Of a DNA stretch of 64,000 nt, positions 1 to 13,981 are shown piece by piece. The stretch is from Takakia lepidozioides (lineage: Eukaryota > Plantae > Bryophyta), in assembly GCA_030704615.1 (NCBI GenBank), contig CM060732.1, forward strand, positions 57,040,001 through 57,104,000, given 5' to 3'. Each line of letters starts with the position of its first letter. The stretch's first letter is position 1. Under the pieces are notes generated by a model. The model did no database searches, was not told where the DNA came from, and saw only the letters and a program-made list of their open reading frames with translations. Made by a program: the position numbers and the translations under genes.

Positions 1-1851
1 ATGGAATGGCAGCACATTTATTCATAGAAATGGGAACCTATCGGGGCGGGCCCCGCAGTTTTTCCGTAGTGGGTTTGGCCTCCAAGCCTGTTGAGTATTT
101 GCATCAACCCCCGTATGAATGTGAGTGGGTCTCCACCAACCCGAAGAATAGCGTTGTAAAAGGTGCGGTGAACAGGATCTTGCCCGACTGGAACTACGGG
201 AGGTTATATACCGTAGTAGTTTTGACATGCAATTTCTCAGAGGACGTAGGCACCGACAGAACGGGCGGGGAGCTCATCCTCTATGCTAGCTATGGCGACG
301 AGTACAGAAAGCCTGAGAGAATCGTTGCACTCACAGAAGTCCCAGGGGAGTATAATGCAACGATGTTTGCGCCTCCCTACCCTTATGACTACGTCTATTG
401 TGGATCATCTGTCTACGGTGATGTAAGCCCACAAAGAATGCGCGAATGGATTGCCTATCATGCCTACGTCCTCGGCAACCGCTCACACTTTATACTGCAT
501 GATTCAGGGGGTTTCCATGACGATGTTAGAAAGGTTTTGGAGCCTTGGATCAGAAAAGGAAGGGTCACTATACAGAACGTAAGGCAGCAGGAAATCTATG
601 ATGGTTATTACCACAACCAGTTTTTGATTGTCAATGACTGCCTCTTCCGGTCGCGGTTTTTGGCTGAGTGGACATTCTTCTTCGATGTGGATGAGTACTT
701 GTACGTGCCCCCTACAACCAGTCTGTCTGATGTTTTGTCGGAGACTGAAAATGTGACACAGATTACGTTCGAGCAAGTTCCCATCTCGAATCAGCTGTGC
801 ATGCTTGACAATACCACGAAGTCCCAAAGGTATGTGGTATAACAGCACTAAACTTTTTCCTCACCTCCTAAAGAAATTGCGTGCAAGGTAGGGTTGGAGG
901 TTTGCATTTGATCTCCTTTGGAAGCGGGTGTAAGAAAAAGAATCGGATGGGACTTGCTTGTGTAGAGGTGCACAAGATCGGCAGTAGTGGAACTTCAAAT
1001 CAAGTTAGGGAGAAAGAGATTTTGTTACGTCTGGAATGACGAAAGGACCCAAGGGACACGGGCAGGGGGTTAAGTGTGGAGAGAGAAACATTGTGAAACA
1101 GTTAAAAGGGTAGACGAGGGAGGTTGTGGGGGATAATGTACTGCACAAGATGGGTGTGTGGAAGAAGTTATACAATCTGACCTAACAGGCTCTGATGATC
1201 AGCTGGTCCACCTATTAGTTAGGGTGAAGTTTCTATCCATTTGTTAGAGGATGCTTGCCGCAGGATCAGTTTGAGATCGAGTAGATTCTGTCTGCTCCAG
1301 TGTTGCATATCTTCTCTGCCTCTGCTTGGGTTTGTTATGTTCATGTTCCTTGGTGGGCGCATGTATTCTAGATTGAGAGGAGTGTGTGGAAAATGAACAT
1401 TGAACCTGGCTGTTGTTGTGAGAGGGCTGTCTTGAACTGGACTTCAGTCCAACGAACGAGGCTTACTGGTGTCCTCCCTTTGTGTTGTGGCAGAAAATGG
1501 GGATTCGAAAAGCTGGTTTTTAGGCAAGTTTTGAAGAGGGGGGTGCGGTATGATCGCAAATATGTCCTCAAGGCTAGGCACGCAGAAGCAACAGGGGTTC
1601 ATATGTCAATGAACATGAAGAAGGGGAAGAACGAATATGTGAAAGGCAACAAAATCCGGTACTATCACTATCACGACACTATCAACACCCGACGAGAAGT
1701 TTGTCGAGAGTTTGTGGAGCCCCAAAACAAGACAAATCCTATCAAGCTTGGAAAGGCTTATCACAGGATAGATGAAAGTATGCTGCCACTTGTCAACACT
1801 GTTAAGCAATTTGAGCTTGCAACCATTGGGCACCAACCGCACATTCTTTAG
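1..1851 (+). CDS. GALS: Galactan beta-1,4-galactosyltransferase (GT92/DUF23, GALS-like); 5' end lies upstream of the window; exons <1..829 and 1494..1851
   Basis: Motifs AYRGG-like TYRGG, LPDWNYGRLYTVVV, YCGSSVYG, REWIAYH, YYHNQFLIVNDCL, FFDVDEY (DxD), WGFEKLVF and YYHYH. A GT donor at 830 and CAG acceptor at 1491-1493 join in frame (SQR|KWGFEK). Stop at 1849-1851. Confidence 0.93.
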
Positions 1852-2979
1852 TGCATCTGTAACCACTATCCCTCAGTGTACTGAGCTTGCATCCTGCATA
1901 TCAATGATGGTGGTTGGAATGGGATTCCAACGAGAGGCACGTGCAACACCTCTCTTTCAAGTGGGCTCATGACGGAATCTGCAGTGCTCGTAGCTGTGCA
2001 GTGACAATGCACCTTACCTTTGCCACTCCATATGCTGACAGTTCCACATCTGGAGCACCTCCTTCCCTCCAAATTTGAACCACACTGGGTCATGAGGTTC
2101 GGAAATGCTAGTGCGTCAGTCTCAACACGCATAATCTGGTCTGAAAGGGAATGTGTGCATGAATTTGCTCACAATTGAAGGGTAGCTTGTCAGTAGCACC
2201 TGCTCACGATGAGAAATTCATCCATGCTGTAATGGTTCTGCTCTAGCAATGGCCCCAGTCAACAGAAAGGTCAGCACTGTAGTGAATCTGAAAATCTCAA
2301 CTATCTGAAGGCATTTGGGAGGTGAATTCCTGCACAGATAGGAGTCGCTAGCTGCTATAATAACCCAAGCAGGTCTTGAGCATTCTTGTAAGATTTGCTG
2401 GAAGCCAGGGTGTGGTAATCTGTGGTTGACAGCAACTTGACAAGGCTTTTCCATTGATTGGAGTTGACAAGATCTTAATAGTCTTCTCCCGTTGATAGGA
2501 GTTGAACCTCTCCTGGTATACAATTCTTTGAAGCTTAAGCCACTTAGAGTATTGCAATGACAATCTTCTGCACTAGTTAGTGTGGATCTTCTGCCATCTT
2601 TAGTGCCATGGATCTCTGGCATATTTCATGATGACATTTGATTCCAACTGCGCTGAGCTCATTATGGAGCCATGAGGGCCAAGAGTTGGAATTGTGTAAA
2701 TTGAGGAACAGAGTAAGTGTATAGTCGCCAGGTTGCTTTTGTGCAGCTGGTAAATGTGGTGCTCATTTGGGTGAAGCTCGAAGAGTTGAACTATGGCAAA
2801 GGTTGACTCATCAGTTACTCTCTGGAAGATGGTAGACGGATGGGAGCTTTGGGGAGGGACATTTGAGGTCTGGTGGCTCTTAGTAAGCTTATCAGACAAA
2901 TCTCTGACTATATAGGACAATCTGGGGTATAAATAAAACAAGGATACTACTACTGCCCCAGGCCCTCCTTCCATGGCAT

Positions 2980-3361
2980 TCCACATTGAACTCATCAATG
3001 AACGAATACAATGGTGTGTTCCAATGAAAATGACGAATGCCAGTACAAAGATACAAATGGAATTATCCAAGAACGTTTTGTTCATACTCACAAGCGGTTT
3101 GGTCACTAGAGAATCAATTGAAAGAGAGAGAGAAGGAATGAAAGAAACAAAAAAGAAACGTCAAAAAGTCCACATTGAACTCATCAATGAACGAATACAA
3201 TGGTGTGTTCCAATGAAAATGACGAATGTCAGTACAAAGATACAAATGGAATTATCCAAGAACGTTTTGTTCATACTCACAAGCGGTTTGGTCACTAGAG
3301 AATCAATTGATACAGGGAGAGAAGGAATGAAAGAAACGAAAAAGAAACGTCAAAAAGTCCA
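2980..3361. repeat. Near-perfect 189-bp tandem duplication (2 copies)
   Basis: CCACATTGAACTCATCAATG starts at 2981 and again at 3170. The ORF 2973..3611 shows the 63-aa unit twice. Confidence 0.9.
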
Positions 3362-4241
3362 GGACCCACACATCCTAAGTACAGGTGTTATGACACATAC
3401 TAGCTGGTTCTTGCCTATGCCTATCCCATCTGCTTACCACGGAGGTATCAAACAAAATGGATGTGAGAGCTTTACTATGTGGTTCCAGGATAAGGAGAAT
3501 CTTCAAAGGGTGCTAGAAAGTTTGATGAATCAAAAGTACTGCCAAGTTCGCGCCACCTATGAGCCCTTAACTGTGTACTACAATGATTATATATTGGTCA
3601 GGTGGACTTAGTGCAACGATCGCCAGATTGGTGGAGTTTCAGATTCAGAGGGCACCTCAACTTGACCATTCATCGACCCATGTGGGAGAGGAAGATGACA
3701 ATTTGTGCATGCATCATCATGATTTTAGTACGAACTTTCGGATGCTTCTGTAAACAACACCAAAGCAGATGTGGCAATTCAATGTGAATAATGCTCTCTG
3801 GACATCATGTGCGAAGTTGAGGTATAATCATATACTTGACGATCATCCAAGCAATTGATATGTTCCTGAAAAGAGAGAGTGACAGAAGCAAGATGGAAGC
3901 ATGCATGAAGGATCACACCCCTGTAACTGCTCCCATATCCAAGTCAAGACCTAGTACTACAGTTTCTTACAGCCACACTGCCACAGGACCAATCTTGCAT
4001 AACACTTATCTGATTCAGCTTGCAGGCACAGTTAGCGAGCACTGAGCATCTAAGGTGCTTCCTGCCACAAAGATTTAGGGCCACAAGATCATGACAAGAC
4101 GATCGATTGCTTTTCACAGTAACCAAAGCAGATCATGTGCCAGATGACAGCACATCAAAGTATGTGACCCAGTCAAGCTAATGAGGCGAGGTCACGCAAA
4201 TATCAAAAAGTGAATGCGCGCGAATCTTGTGAAGCGCAAAG

Positions 4242-5465
4242 CTACCGCCCACGTCCGCGTCCCCTACCACGGCCTCGCCCGCGTCCCCTGCCCAGAGGTT
4301 TTCCTGCATATACATCACAGTAAACATTACTTCACCACTCAATCTGATCATTGAAAGGTATAATTAAAATGTAATCAGCATTTATGGTTTGGGCCAGAAG
4401 CTGGATTGCACAAGGGATGACAAGAGTCTAGCAACCTACTGGCAGCTACCCGAAGGATACATACACATGACTGATTGCCATTTTCAAATACCTGAGACTT
4501 GGATTTCTGGTCAGTATAGTGAAACAAACCGGCTCCTACTGACGCTCCATCATCTCCATAGGATCACAGGTAAGTGTATGTCTTATCAAACCAGCAACTG
4601 CCCAGGCTTCTGCCCAAGCTTATCAAACAAGCATTTACCGAAGCCAAGAGGCACAGTGAACAAAGAAAAGGTCATTGCTTGCAGTTCCTAACACAAGTGG
4701 ATGCCTTTGGATGGGATGACAAGTAGAATTCGAGCAGCATCATCCTGTGCTAACCAGGCTGTGAGAAGGGAGCGGACAGAATGAGGAGGGACATGGCTTC
4801 CAAGCAGGGAGACAGAATAGCCAAGGACAGGGAGCAGGGAGTGGCACCAACAATATTGCAGTTACAAACAGCACAATTAGGAAAAGCATTTATGAGTAGC
4901 TGGAGGCCTACCAGCAACAGGCTTCTTGGCCTTCACGTGAGGAGTATCATCAACCAGCAACGTGTCAAGATTCAAGCTGTCCGGCAGAATGTAGTATCGA
5001 ATGTTGTTCCCTCGGATGCTGAGATTCTCAAGTGTAACAGGGTTCTTCCCTTTCAGAGTGAGTTTCACAGTTTTCAGATGAGTGTTCATGCTGATATCCA
5101 CTCCTGCAAGAGATTTTCCTTTCAAAGTTAGACTGAGCATTCTTTGTTAGTTGCTACTTAAACAAGAACGGTCTGCTACCATGTGCCTAACCCTAACAGG
5201 ACGTTGGAATAGGGCAGAAAAGACCTGTCACGGTGCCATGCACGATGGTGCCGTTCTTCAGTTCTATGGACACTGTCTCATTATTCAGCTTCATCAAAAA
5301 CCTGCGCACCCCCCCACACATGCATACTCCTGTCCATCAAAAGTCTCTTGCAGCAAATCCAAGCCCTTGTAAAACTGAAACAAAGAAACCCACAAAGAAA
5401 CCTTCACTCCCAACACGGAGAAGATCATTGCGGAGGATGCCAGTGCCCAACCTGACGAGCTTCAT
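4242..5465 (-). CDS. SmD1: Small nuclear ribonucleoprotein Sm D1; exons 5465-5452, 5301-5225, 5103-4912, 4303-4242
   Basis: The spliced product reads [85 protein letters not shown]...[20 protein letters not shown]. All three introns are GT-AG with compatible phases. Confidence 0.96.
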
Positions 5466-6734
5466 GATGACCCTTTCTTCTTGTCCACCGAGCCTTCCTC
5501 GAAGAACCTCCTTCTCTTCCCCGACCCGACCTGACCTCGATCGTTTCTCAACTGACGATACCCTTTCAAGTTCCCGAGGGGGCGGTAGCCGTTGTCGAGC
5601 TGAGCTTAACCTACTTTTTGTATCCATAATATCGGCAATTAGGGTTTCTTAAACTTAATTAAGTAAGATTATGAATCTAATTATCATCTTTACATAATGT
5701 GAACAGGGTCTATTTAATTTCTAATTAAGGCTAATGACGTTTAATTAACTTACTAAGCTGAGTTACTAGTGAATTTCTTACGAGAGAGAGGCACTCGCTT
5801 AGGTCGTCTTCAACGACAGAGGGCTTTGAAAGTGGAGGCGAGGAGAGATTGGGCTGCATAACGCCGAGCATTGAGAGCAAGAGATGAAGGTGAGGAGGAG
5901 ACATGACATGATGCGGCTTTGAATTTGAAGAGAAAAGATGGAGACGACGAAATCTTTGCTTCAACTGGACGACTCTCTGTCGAGTATGCCGTCGGTGGTA
6001 GGTATTTCTTCTCTAAGAGCTCGCACTTATAGTTTTCACGCTGTATCTTGTGGCACATTCCGGTATGCCAAGAGGTGATGGAAGGATTGAGTTATGGGAC
6101 CTGGGACTTTCGTGAGGGGAAACCGCTGCTGTCACCGGAGGGATGGAAGCGTGAGGAAAGAATTAGACAGTGTGTCACAAGGTAAGGCACTGTGTTGAAT
6201 TACCTTCCCCACTACAAAAAGAATTGGGTCTTTAGAACTACAGCGAACGTTGCATCTTTCAGACCATGTTTTTTCCAGTTGGAACCTCATTCATATTTCA
6301 AGCTTGCATTCTTATTGGCGAAATACTCATCGATGATATGCATGTCTATGTTGTCAGATTCTCGTAAGGTTACTTGCCTCTGCATCCGCAAGAGTGCGCA
6401 TGCATGCACAGTACTCCAGGCTGCTTGCATCAGGTATATCAGCAACATATCATTAAGGGCAGTTGAAGTGCTTTAAGTTGAGGTTTAGGTTTTGCTTGGG
6501 GCAAAGTGGGGTCATTTGTACGTGTTTGAGTGGGGAACTTGAATCAAATTCTTGGCAGATTTCTAAGAAGATGTACTCATAAGACGTTGCCGTAGCCTTG
6601 TGGCCATTGACCCCGCGCCCAGTTTGAGTGGAACACAAAGGGACAGAACCTACCTTTGTCAGGGGCTGACACAGGTAGTAGGGCTTACCTTGGAATAAAC
6701 AATTGATCCGGTTTTTCCAGATATCCTCTAGAAA

Positions 6735-7330
6735 TCAATTTACACAAGCATCAACCCGCTGTGTGTGATTTGCCCAATAACTAGGCCCCAAAAGGGCCCG
6801 GGCTTTTGGCTCAGCCTTGAGACTTTCAAAGTTGGTAAACAGAGGTACAGGCATAATTCCCTTGATAGATTTGAAGAGAGCGTCTCTCTGGTGAGAGAAC
6901 CCCGGACAATGAATCAAAAAATGAGTATTGTCTTCAGGTTGCCCATACAACGGGCAATTGCACTCTCCCTTTCCTCTCTGCTTCTGTTTGCTGTTCAAAG
7001 GTAGGCTTCCCCCCCCAGTTTAAATTTCAGTCTAGTGCCAAGAGTGGTTAGACCCTTGAGGTCATCCATGATGTCCTCCCCCATGTCACAAACTGGAAAC
7101 AAGTTCAGGGAAGTTTTCTGCCTAACTTCATTTTCATTAGACAATCTCCTGGCAACAGACATGGCTTTAGACACTACAGCCTCTAAGTCAGATTTATCCA
7201 GCAGGGTCAAGACTTGCAGGCTAAGATTCAGAGGACTTAGCCTGTTGACAGGGCAATCCTGCTTCCAAGATATAGAGTTGATCAACTGAGCGGGGCCCCA
7301 GTCCAAACTATATGCTATCACGCGCAAGCC
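6735..7330 (-). mobile_element. Degenerate non-LTR retrotransposon (LINE) ORF2 C-terminal fragment with zinc-binding motif
   Basis: CPLYGQPEDNTHFLIHCP (C-terminal CCHC-like motif of LINE ORF2), frameshifted. Homologous pieces occur at 36566-36636 and ~46597-46690. Confidence 0.65.
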
Positions 7331-9151
7331 GCCTAATAACAGTACGCAGGTTGATCATCCGCTTTACATGAGATGGAGCTCCTACCGGCTACTTCCTCCT
7401 CCTGATCCCCCATTTCACTATGCCACCTGACCATTTCAATACACTGTTTCATCAACCCCGGAGTAGGAACGATGTTTACACTCTCCCAAGATTCGTTGTA
7501 GCGGGCAGTGACAGATTCATTGAGTTCAAAATCAATACTAATCATCCTCACGTTGCCCTTTACGAATTGTAGACTGGAGAATGGACCCTTGCAACTTTCC
7601 CTACCACTGATGATTTCACAGACAACCCCAAGAGTAGCTTAAGCGATCTGATCCCAGGCACCTTTGAACCATGTTGGATCGCCACTCCCTAAGACACGCA
7701 ACCAACAGTCATTCTGCTCAAGGGTTCCATCCCTTTTTGCAATAGTAATAATAATAACAATGTCTAATACTATATTTAAAAAATACCATGGATATCACGT
7801 CTTTGACTGGGCTGGTTGTGGGGTAAAATAAAATAAAATAAAAATAAATGCTTCCAATCTTTCAGATAGGCCAAAGGTAAACCAAATAAAAATTTCTATT
7901 AATCTATTAATTTCTTACCTACATAAGTGGCGGGGCCTAAGTGTGTGGCATGCCTTGTTATTAACTTACCTCTCGCTAAAGATTCTGCTAAACTTGGGGG
8001 CGTTTTGTTTGTTATATCCAACTTAACAGTGGCCATCTTTGAATACCATCACGCCTTGTGTTCTCCTCTCGAATCTTCTTTAACTGGACAGCGGTGTGTT
8101 TGAGGGAGGGAGAAAATGGAGAGACATGATTCTGTTTGTCCAGGGTAGCAGATTGTTAGTGGAGATTGATGTTACTATCTGGGCGTCTGTATTTGAGAGC
8201 ACCTCAAAAGGCTCTTGGAAACTTTGCTAAGTAGCGTTTTTGATGGAGGGGATAACATGTAGAGGGATTGTCTTCTGTGGTAGTTAGGGCTTCTGCTGTT
8301 CAGGTTGAATACAATCACCTGTGCATGATCTTCACTCCTGATTGAGAACCGTTTGGTCAGCGCCTACATCAACTACATCATTTACAGGTATCTTCCCCTT
8401 CCCGCGCAGAAGCAACATGACAACCCTCTGGCAACGGTACAAGCCTTCCAAGAAACAAGCAAAAAATCACCCTGTGGATCTTACTGGTTGTGACTGCTCT
8501 CCGTAGACCAGTCCCAAGTGCAGTGAATTCGTCGTACTCCTCCTGACTGGAGACTCAGATAGTATGAAATTACTACGTGTACTCTACCGAACAGACTGAC
8601 GTTTGTGGCCTCTGCTGATTCCTAGACATAGCCATGAGACGCGGGAAGATCCATCTGCTAGATACTGACACTGAATAGACAAGAGAGGAGGGCAAAGAAA
8701 CGATTGGACTATGCTGGCAATTCACATGTAAATGCATCGCTTGCAGTTATTTCGTTTGCTAAACTGCCGGACGTGCGTTTACAACAAGTCAACTGTGTTC
8801 ATACTCAATTGTATCATTGCGAAAGCATTTGTAGAGGACACGTGAAGAAGCCTGTACCCTGGCGTGATGATTGTAGCAATGACGGGAACCGCCATTGCAC
8901 CTCAATACTGGGAGGGAACGGTAGCAGATATTGCGGCAATTGTGGCACAACGAAATTTGTCGCCTCTGTTTCTCGATGACGCATCAGCCCATTCCATGTG
9001 ATGTCCAACTTCCTTCAATTTCAGCCTGCAAATGGTTTCCATACACATTAAATATCTTGTTCAGATCGATGCTGTAAATTTATGCCTAGAATGATAAGAG
9101 CGCAGTAAGCAATCAAACAAGACTACTCATAATCTCATTTTCCTCTTTCAG

Positions 9152-10799
9152 AAAGCAAGAACTGCAAAAGTTGTCTCATGTAAGGCTGGATAGGGAGCAC
9201 ATTGCTTCTCTGGAGCCTGCCCTCTTTCTCTATCTTCCCAACTTAACCAATCTGTATCTGCAACAGGTGCACTTCTTTCTCTAAGACGTTGCTAAACTGC
9301 AGGATGCACTCACCTGTACATTTGCATGTTTGAGGTAAGCTCGTGTGTCATTGTCCACACACGGTTGAAAGTGCCATCGCATTGCCCCCCTTCCAACCAG
9401 TGTCTGTATTCTACATGTTCAGCAGTCCAGTAGCCAAGTTGACATACTAGAGCTACCTCCTTTTTTCACTACCCCACATCCATCTTGCAGTGCATGTGAC
9501 TGGGAGGTGTGGTGTACTTGTCATTGAAACTTCAAATGGATTGCTTAGGGAACAGTTTGTGATAGTCTGACAAGTACCTAATTACACATATTTTTCTGGG
9601 CATGTGAATGACTGACATTCCTTCATGGATTTCTTTTGAAATGTTGTGCCAACAGATTAGCACTAATCAAATGCTATCTGTTGCAGACTGAATAATAGAA
9701 TGTGGCAGTAATTCAAAGATAGAGAGCATCACAAGTATTTTAATGTCTCCAATGTTGCAGAATCAACTTAAGACTTTGAGAGCTTTGGAAGAGGCACAAC
9801 ACCTCCAGTTCTTGACTGTCGCTGGAAACCAGATCTCTGTTCTTGAGGGGTTGCAATCCCCGAAACTTATGTTCCTCGATGCATCTAATAATTGCATTGA
9901 TCACATTAACGCCGGTAAGCACTCTATATATCAGTTAGCATTATAATATCTGCTTCTGTCATGAACAACTGGAACTACAGGCAGTAAAAGATACTCTTGG
10001 TCTCAGTTGAGATGGTTCATAGGTAAGAACATGCTTGAAATAGATTTTGCAGCATTCAGTTCTTAAGTACCATTTATGAGAAGGATATTGGATTCAAGAC
10101 ACTCTAAAAATTCCTGAGGGTACAAGGCAAATACTGCTGGTGGCAGCAATGTTCCAAGTGCACCAATGTCTAAGACCGTTCTCCAGCCAGTCAAGGGACG
10201 AACTTCTTTCAAAATTGGATTGATGTGAGACTATTTGTAGCATTTTTGGGCATTGCAACCTTCAAAGTACCTCTGTCATCAAGTCTCGAGAGGAAACCTT
10301 TAGCCATATAATCCAAGCCTAGGCTGGAGCATGTAGTTGAGAGAGAGATAGAGAGAGAGCAAGGTACAAAGACTGGAAGCACACAAACGTTAGTCCTTAG
10401 CCCCCGAGAATTTTACATCTGGTACATTCTGCAATGAGAAACCTGTGGATGCTATGGGTGACAGAACAGGAGTTTCCAAAGTCACTCAGTTTCCTCAATG
10501 TTTTGGACAATCCTTGTTGCCTGTCACAAAAAAGACTTCATCGAATGCTCGAGTCAACTTTACCTGATCTCAAGGAGCTCAACTGGGTGGCTTTCACAAA
10601 CAATGAAGAAGAGTTTGATGACAAGGAGGATGATGATGAAGGGAAGCTGGATGAGGTATCCCTTAGAGATCATGGAAGAGACAATGCCACTGGCATAGCT
10701 TGTACAAACTTCAAAGGAGGATTTAATGGGGTTACATTTACAAACAGCAGAGCAGCCCAGGACTTTGCAACTGTTGTAGACAACAGACACAACAAATAG
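9152..10799 (+). CDS. Leucine-rich repeat protein, LRRC46-like; resolved exons 9152-9266, 9761-9914, 10465-(~10799). First exon(s) and 3' end unresolved; ORF 10960-11409 may be a further exon
   Basis: The spliced translation KQELQKLSHVRLDREHIASLE..LPNLTNLYLQQ|NQLKTLRALE..HLQFLTVAGNQISVLEGL..LMFLDASNNCIDHI|EQEFPKSLSFLNVLDNPC..LPDLKELN mirrors the LRRC46 pattern (VRLDRE, LYLQ.N, AGNQI, EFP.SL..LN). GT-AG boundaries are in phase. Confidence 0.7.
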
Positions 10800-12892
10800 G
10801 TCTGTGGACCCTTTCATTGTTGAGCTCCAAAAACTTCAAGTTCATCTTCAAAATTGAGTGTCATCTTCAAAATTGAACCCTTGGAGTAAGTTTGTTCTCC
10901 AAATATAATCCTTACTGTCTGATGCTTGAGACTAGGCTTTTCATGCATCTGAGTCACTGGTGAATGGGATACTATGCTTTAAAGAGGTAAAACTATCAAG
11001 AACCTCTAGCATGGACTTACCACTGTTGATGACATCAATACTTTGCACACCCAGGACACTTAATCCAAGCTCAGAAGACTTGGAGAAACCAACGAATGAC
11101 CTGCACGGCACAGAGGCAAGCGAATTTCAGAAAGCTTGGGATACTGCCCATGAAAATGCCTTCGTGGCAGCTCTCCAGAAGACATTGACAAAACCGTTAT
11201 CGACTGCACTTTTTCTAGAGAATTCTTTGATCGTTAGTGATGGGATCGGCAAAAATATTGGAGAAGTCGAAGCAGACAAAGACAAAGAGTTCAAGAGATT
11301 TCTTGCCCTATATGTGGATGATGCCCTCCATGACAGAGGTTATACCGAATTTCCAACATTCACTTCTCGTTCTCGTTGTGCCTCTCACTCCATATTCTGC
11401 TTCACTTGACAATGATAGGAGATTGTATTTTTGGAGAGTTCACTGCAGGACTGTTTGACAACAACATGATGAACCCACAGTTTGTTGAAGTACCTGAGTG
11501 ACCACTCCCTTACAATGGTTACAGATCCATTGTCCTGAGAAGGGTTGGATCGAGAAAGTGCAAATCAGTTCAAACCAAATTCCATACTGGAAAAGATCTT
11601 TCACTCTGATCAGTGATGGCCGTTGACTCAACGATGAACTTCAGCTCAGATTGATCTCAATCTGTCCCAAGTCAGCAAACCCTTAATACAATGGCATTGT
11701 GCATCTCTTCTTTGTTGGTTGAGTCAGCTATCTTACAAGGCTACGTAACGTAGTGTCAATGCTTGGAGTCTGACTCACTTGAAAACCAAACAAAATCCTG
11801 AGGGTAGTCACTAAGTATAACGGGCTTACAAGAAGCATTAATAGAAGCTAGGCCTGCCAATAGAACTGATGTGATTTCCTGATTTTCTTGAAAATTTCTT
11901 GTGTAGGTTCTGCTGTGAAGTCCATTCTGGTGAACACCTGTGAGAAGCTGCACAAGACGTTGACAAGATTCTTCACCGATCTCAGTGTCGCGTCCTTGAG
12001 GTACTTACTGAGCATTCTGGCTATTACAATCGATACTGCCCCCACACTACCATGTTATCCAAATTCCACTCAATTTTGTTGTAATACGATGACTTTTCTC
12101 TGTGAAGTAGCGCCACCCAAATGGCAGCATATTGAGTGTACATATGCAAGAGATCGTATAAAGAGATGATGATACAAACTCTCTGTGATGAATGCGGTGT
12201 ACAAATCCCATGCTAGGCAGTAGTTGTGCCCACTGTCATCCAGAAGGAGGTAGCGACCGAGACAACCCAACAACCCCACCAGAAAAACAAGATCCGTAGG
12301 TTGTCTTGAAAACTAGAACTAACAGTAGACAAAGCTTCGTCCGGTATATGTCTACTCGACTTCACCTCAGCTAGTTAGTGGAGTCTTGTGACAGTGTGAT
12401 ACAGTCTGTCAATGACGCCCACCTTAAGGAATAGAAGGGTTGAAGGCTCGCAGTCCTGAACTATGTTAGGATTTCAATATATTTTGAAGATATTGTACAT
12501 GACTCTTAAGCCTACAGTGTGGCGATTGCATTAAGCAGGATGAGAAAGCACTAAAGGACTTGCAGCCGGAGCAGTGCACATCAACATCTAAACCGTTTCC
12601 AAGCCCTGGAGATCTCAATACCAAGTCAGCTTTGTTGTTTCAAAACAAGGGCACATCGTTAGGCTTGATGAGCTGAAAAAAGCTGGCCAATGGCTATGGA
12701 GTACAGTAAAAATGATGGAGATGGTAGGAGTTGACAGATGATACTGTAAAAGCATCTATATAGCGCTCATATGAGAGACGAAGCTGAAGGGTGGAGTGCA
12801 AAGTATTATGCACTTTGAAGAGTGGGAGACGCTCAGTTGCTGAAGCATATTAGATCTTAGTTAGAAAAGGTGTATAGGGAGGGAGGGGACAC

Positions 12893-13981
12893 ATGGCCTG
12901 TGATGCAAGGAATAGGCCGCAAATTTTGCAGCATGTTTGCGAATCGTTGGCTGTCACCATTTTTGATACCCTCTGGGTCCCGTGCAGTGCGAGGTTCGTC
13001 CTGTTAGGATCCACCGCACGCAATACTGGGGCTATCCATGTATATGAGCTAGAAGGATCGAAACTCAAGAAACTGAAAGAGTCGGAGAAGCACAACAGCT
13101 TCAAATGTGGGACCTTTGGAGCTTCCACCTTGGCAGAGAGACATTTGGCCACCGGAGACTTCAAAGGTAACCTTTTCGTCTGGGACTTGGAAAAGCTCAG
13201 TTTACCGGTGTGGCATCTGAAAGCACATGATACAATTGTGAATGCGATTGATGGCTGTGGGGGCTTGAATATTGGCTATGGTGCCCCAGAGATTGTCACT
13301 GGTGGGAGAGATGGTCGGGTGCGCGTGTGGGATCCACGCCAAAAGGGTGACCCTGTAGCCAGTTTTGAGCCTAAGAAAGGCGACAGTGTAGCAGCCAGAG
13401 ATTGCTGGACAGTGGCATTTGGCAACTCTTACAACGACGAAGAGCGTTGTGTCTTAGCTGGTTATGATAATGGGGACATCAAGATGTTTGATCTGAGGAC
13501 CGGAAAAGTTCGGTGGGAGACAACTCTACCAAATGGAGTCTGTGGGATAGATTTTGACCGCAAAGACATCAAGATGAACAAATTCGTGTGCACGACGTTG
13601 GAAGCCAAGCTCCACTTATACGACCTTCGAACCTACCATCCAGAGAAGGGTTACGCAAGCCTTGCCGAGAAGCTCAAACATGGCACCACAGTGTGGGGGG
13701 TGAAGCATCTGCCTCAAAACCGCGAAGTTTTTGTTACACTGGGAGGGGATGGGTCACTGTCGCTGTACAAATACTCATATCCAGAGCAGCGTACTTTGAA
13801 AGACGAGGACAAAAAAGAGTATGGAGTGGCGGGCACAGTGCAGCTACTCTCGAATCAGACCCTCGCCACACAACCCATATCCTGCTTTAACTGGAGCCCT
13901 GATAAGCAGGGCCTGGCCGTGTGTGGCTCTTTCGATCAGTGTCTGCGCACAGTAGTCGTCACCAAACTGCACAAAACTTGA
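12893..13981 (+). CDS. WDR92: WD repeat protein 92 (dynein axonemal assembly factor 10 / Monad), intronless, 362 aa
   Basis: Hallmark motifs [91 protein letters not shown] and SFDQ. Uninterrupted ORF. Confidence 0.95.
   Translation: MACDARNRPQILQHVCESLAVTIFDTLWVPCSARFVLLGSTARNTGAIHVYELEGSKLKKLKESEKHNSFKCGTFGASTLAERHLATGDFKGNLFVWDLEKLSLPVWHLKAHDTIVNAIDGCGGLNIGYGAPEIVTGGRDGRVRVWDPRQKGDPVASFEPKKGDSVAARDCWTVAFGNSYNDEERCVLAGYDNGDIKMFDLRTGKVRWETTLPNGVCGIDFDRKDIKMNKFVCTTLEAKLHLYDLRTYHPEKGYASLAEKLKHGTTVWGVKHLPQNREVFVTLGGDGSLSLYKYSYPEQRTLKDEDKKEYGVAGTVQLLSNQTLATQPISCFNWSPDKQGLAVCGSFDQCLRTVVVTKLHKT

Noticed and set aside
5938-6001. Candidate first exon of the LRRC46-like gene (METTKSLLQLDDSLSSMPSVV|GT)
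   Set aside because: Plausibly placed divergent from SmD1, but there is no homology support and it cannot be linked in phase to 9152 without unseen exons.
11750-12330. Minus-strand coding-like fragments between the LRR gene and WDR92
   Set aside because: Short, broken frames with no recognisable motif.
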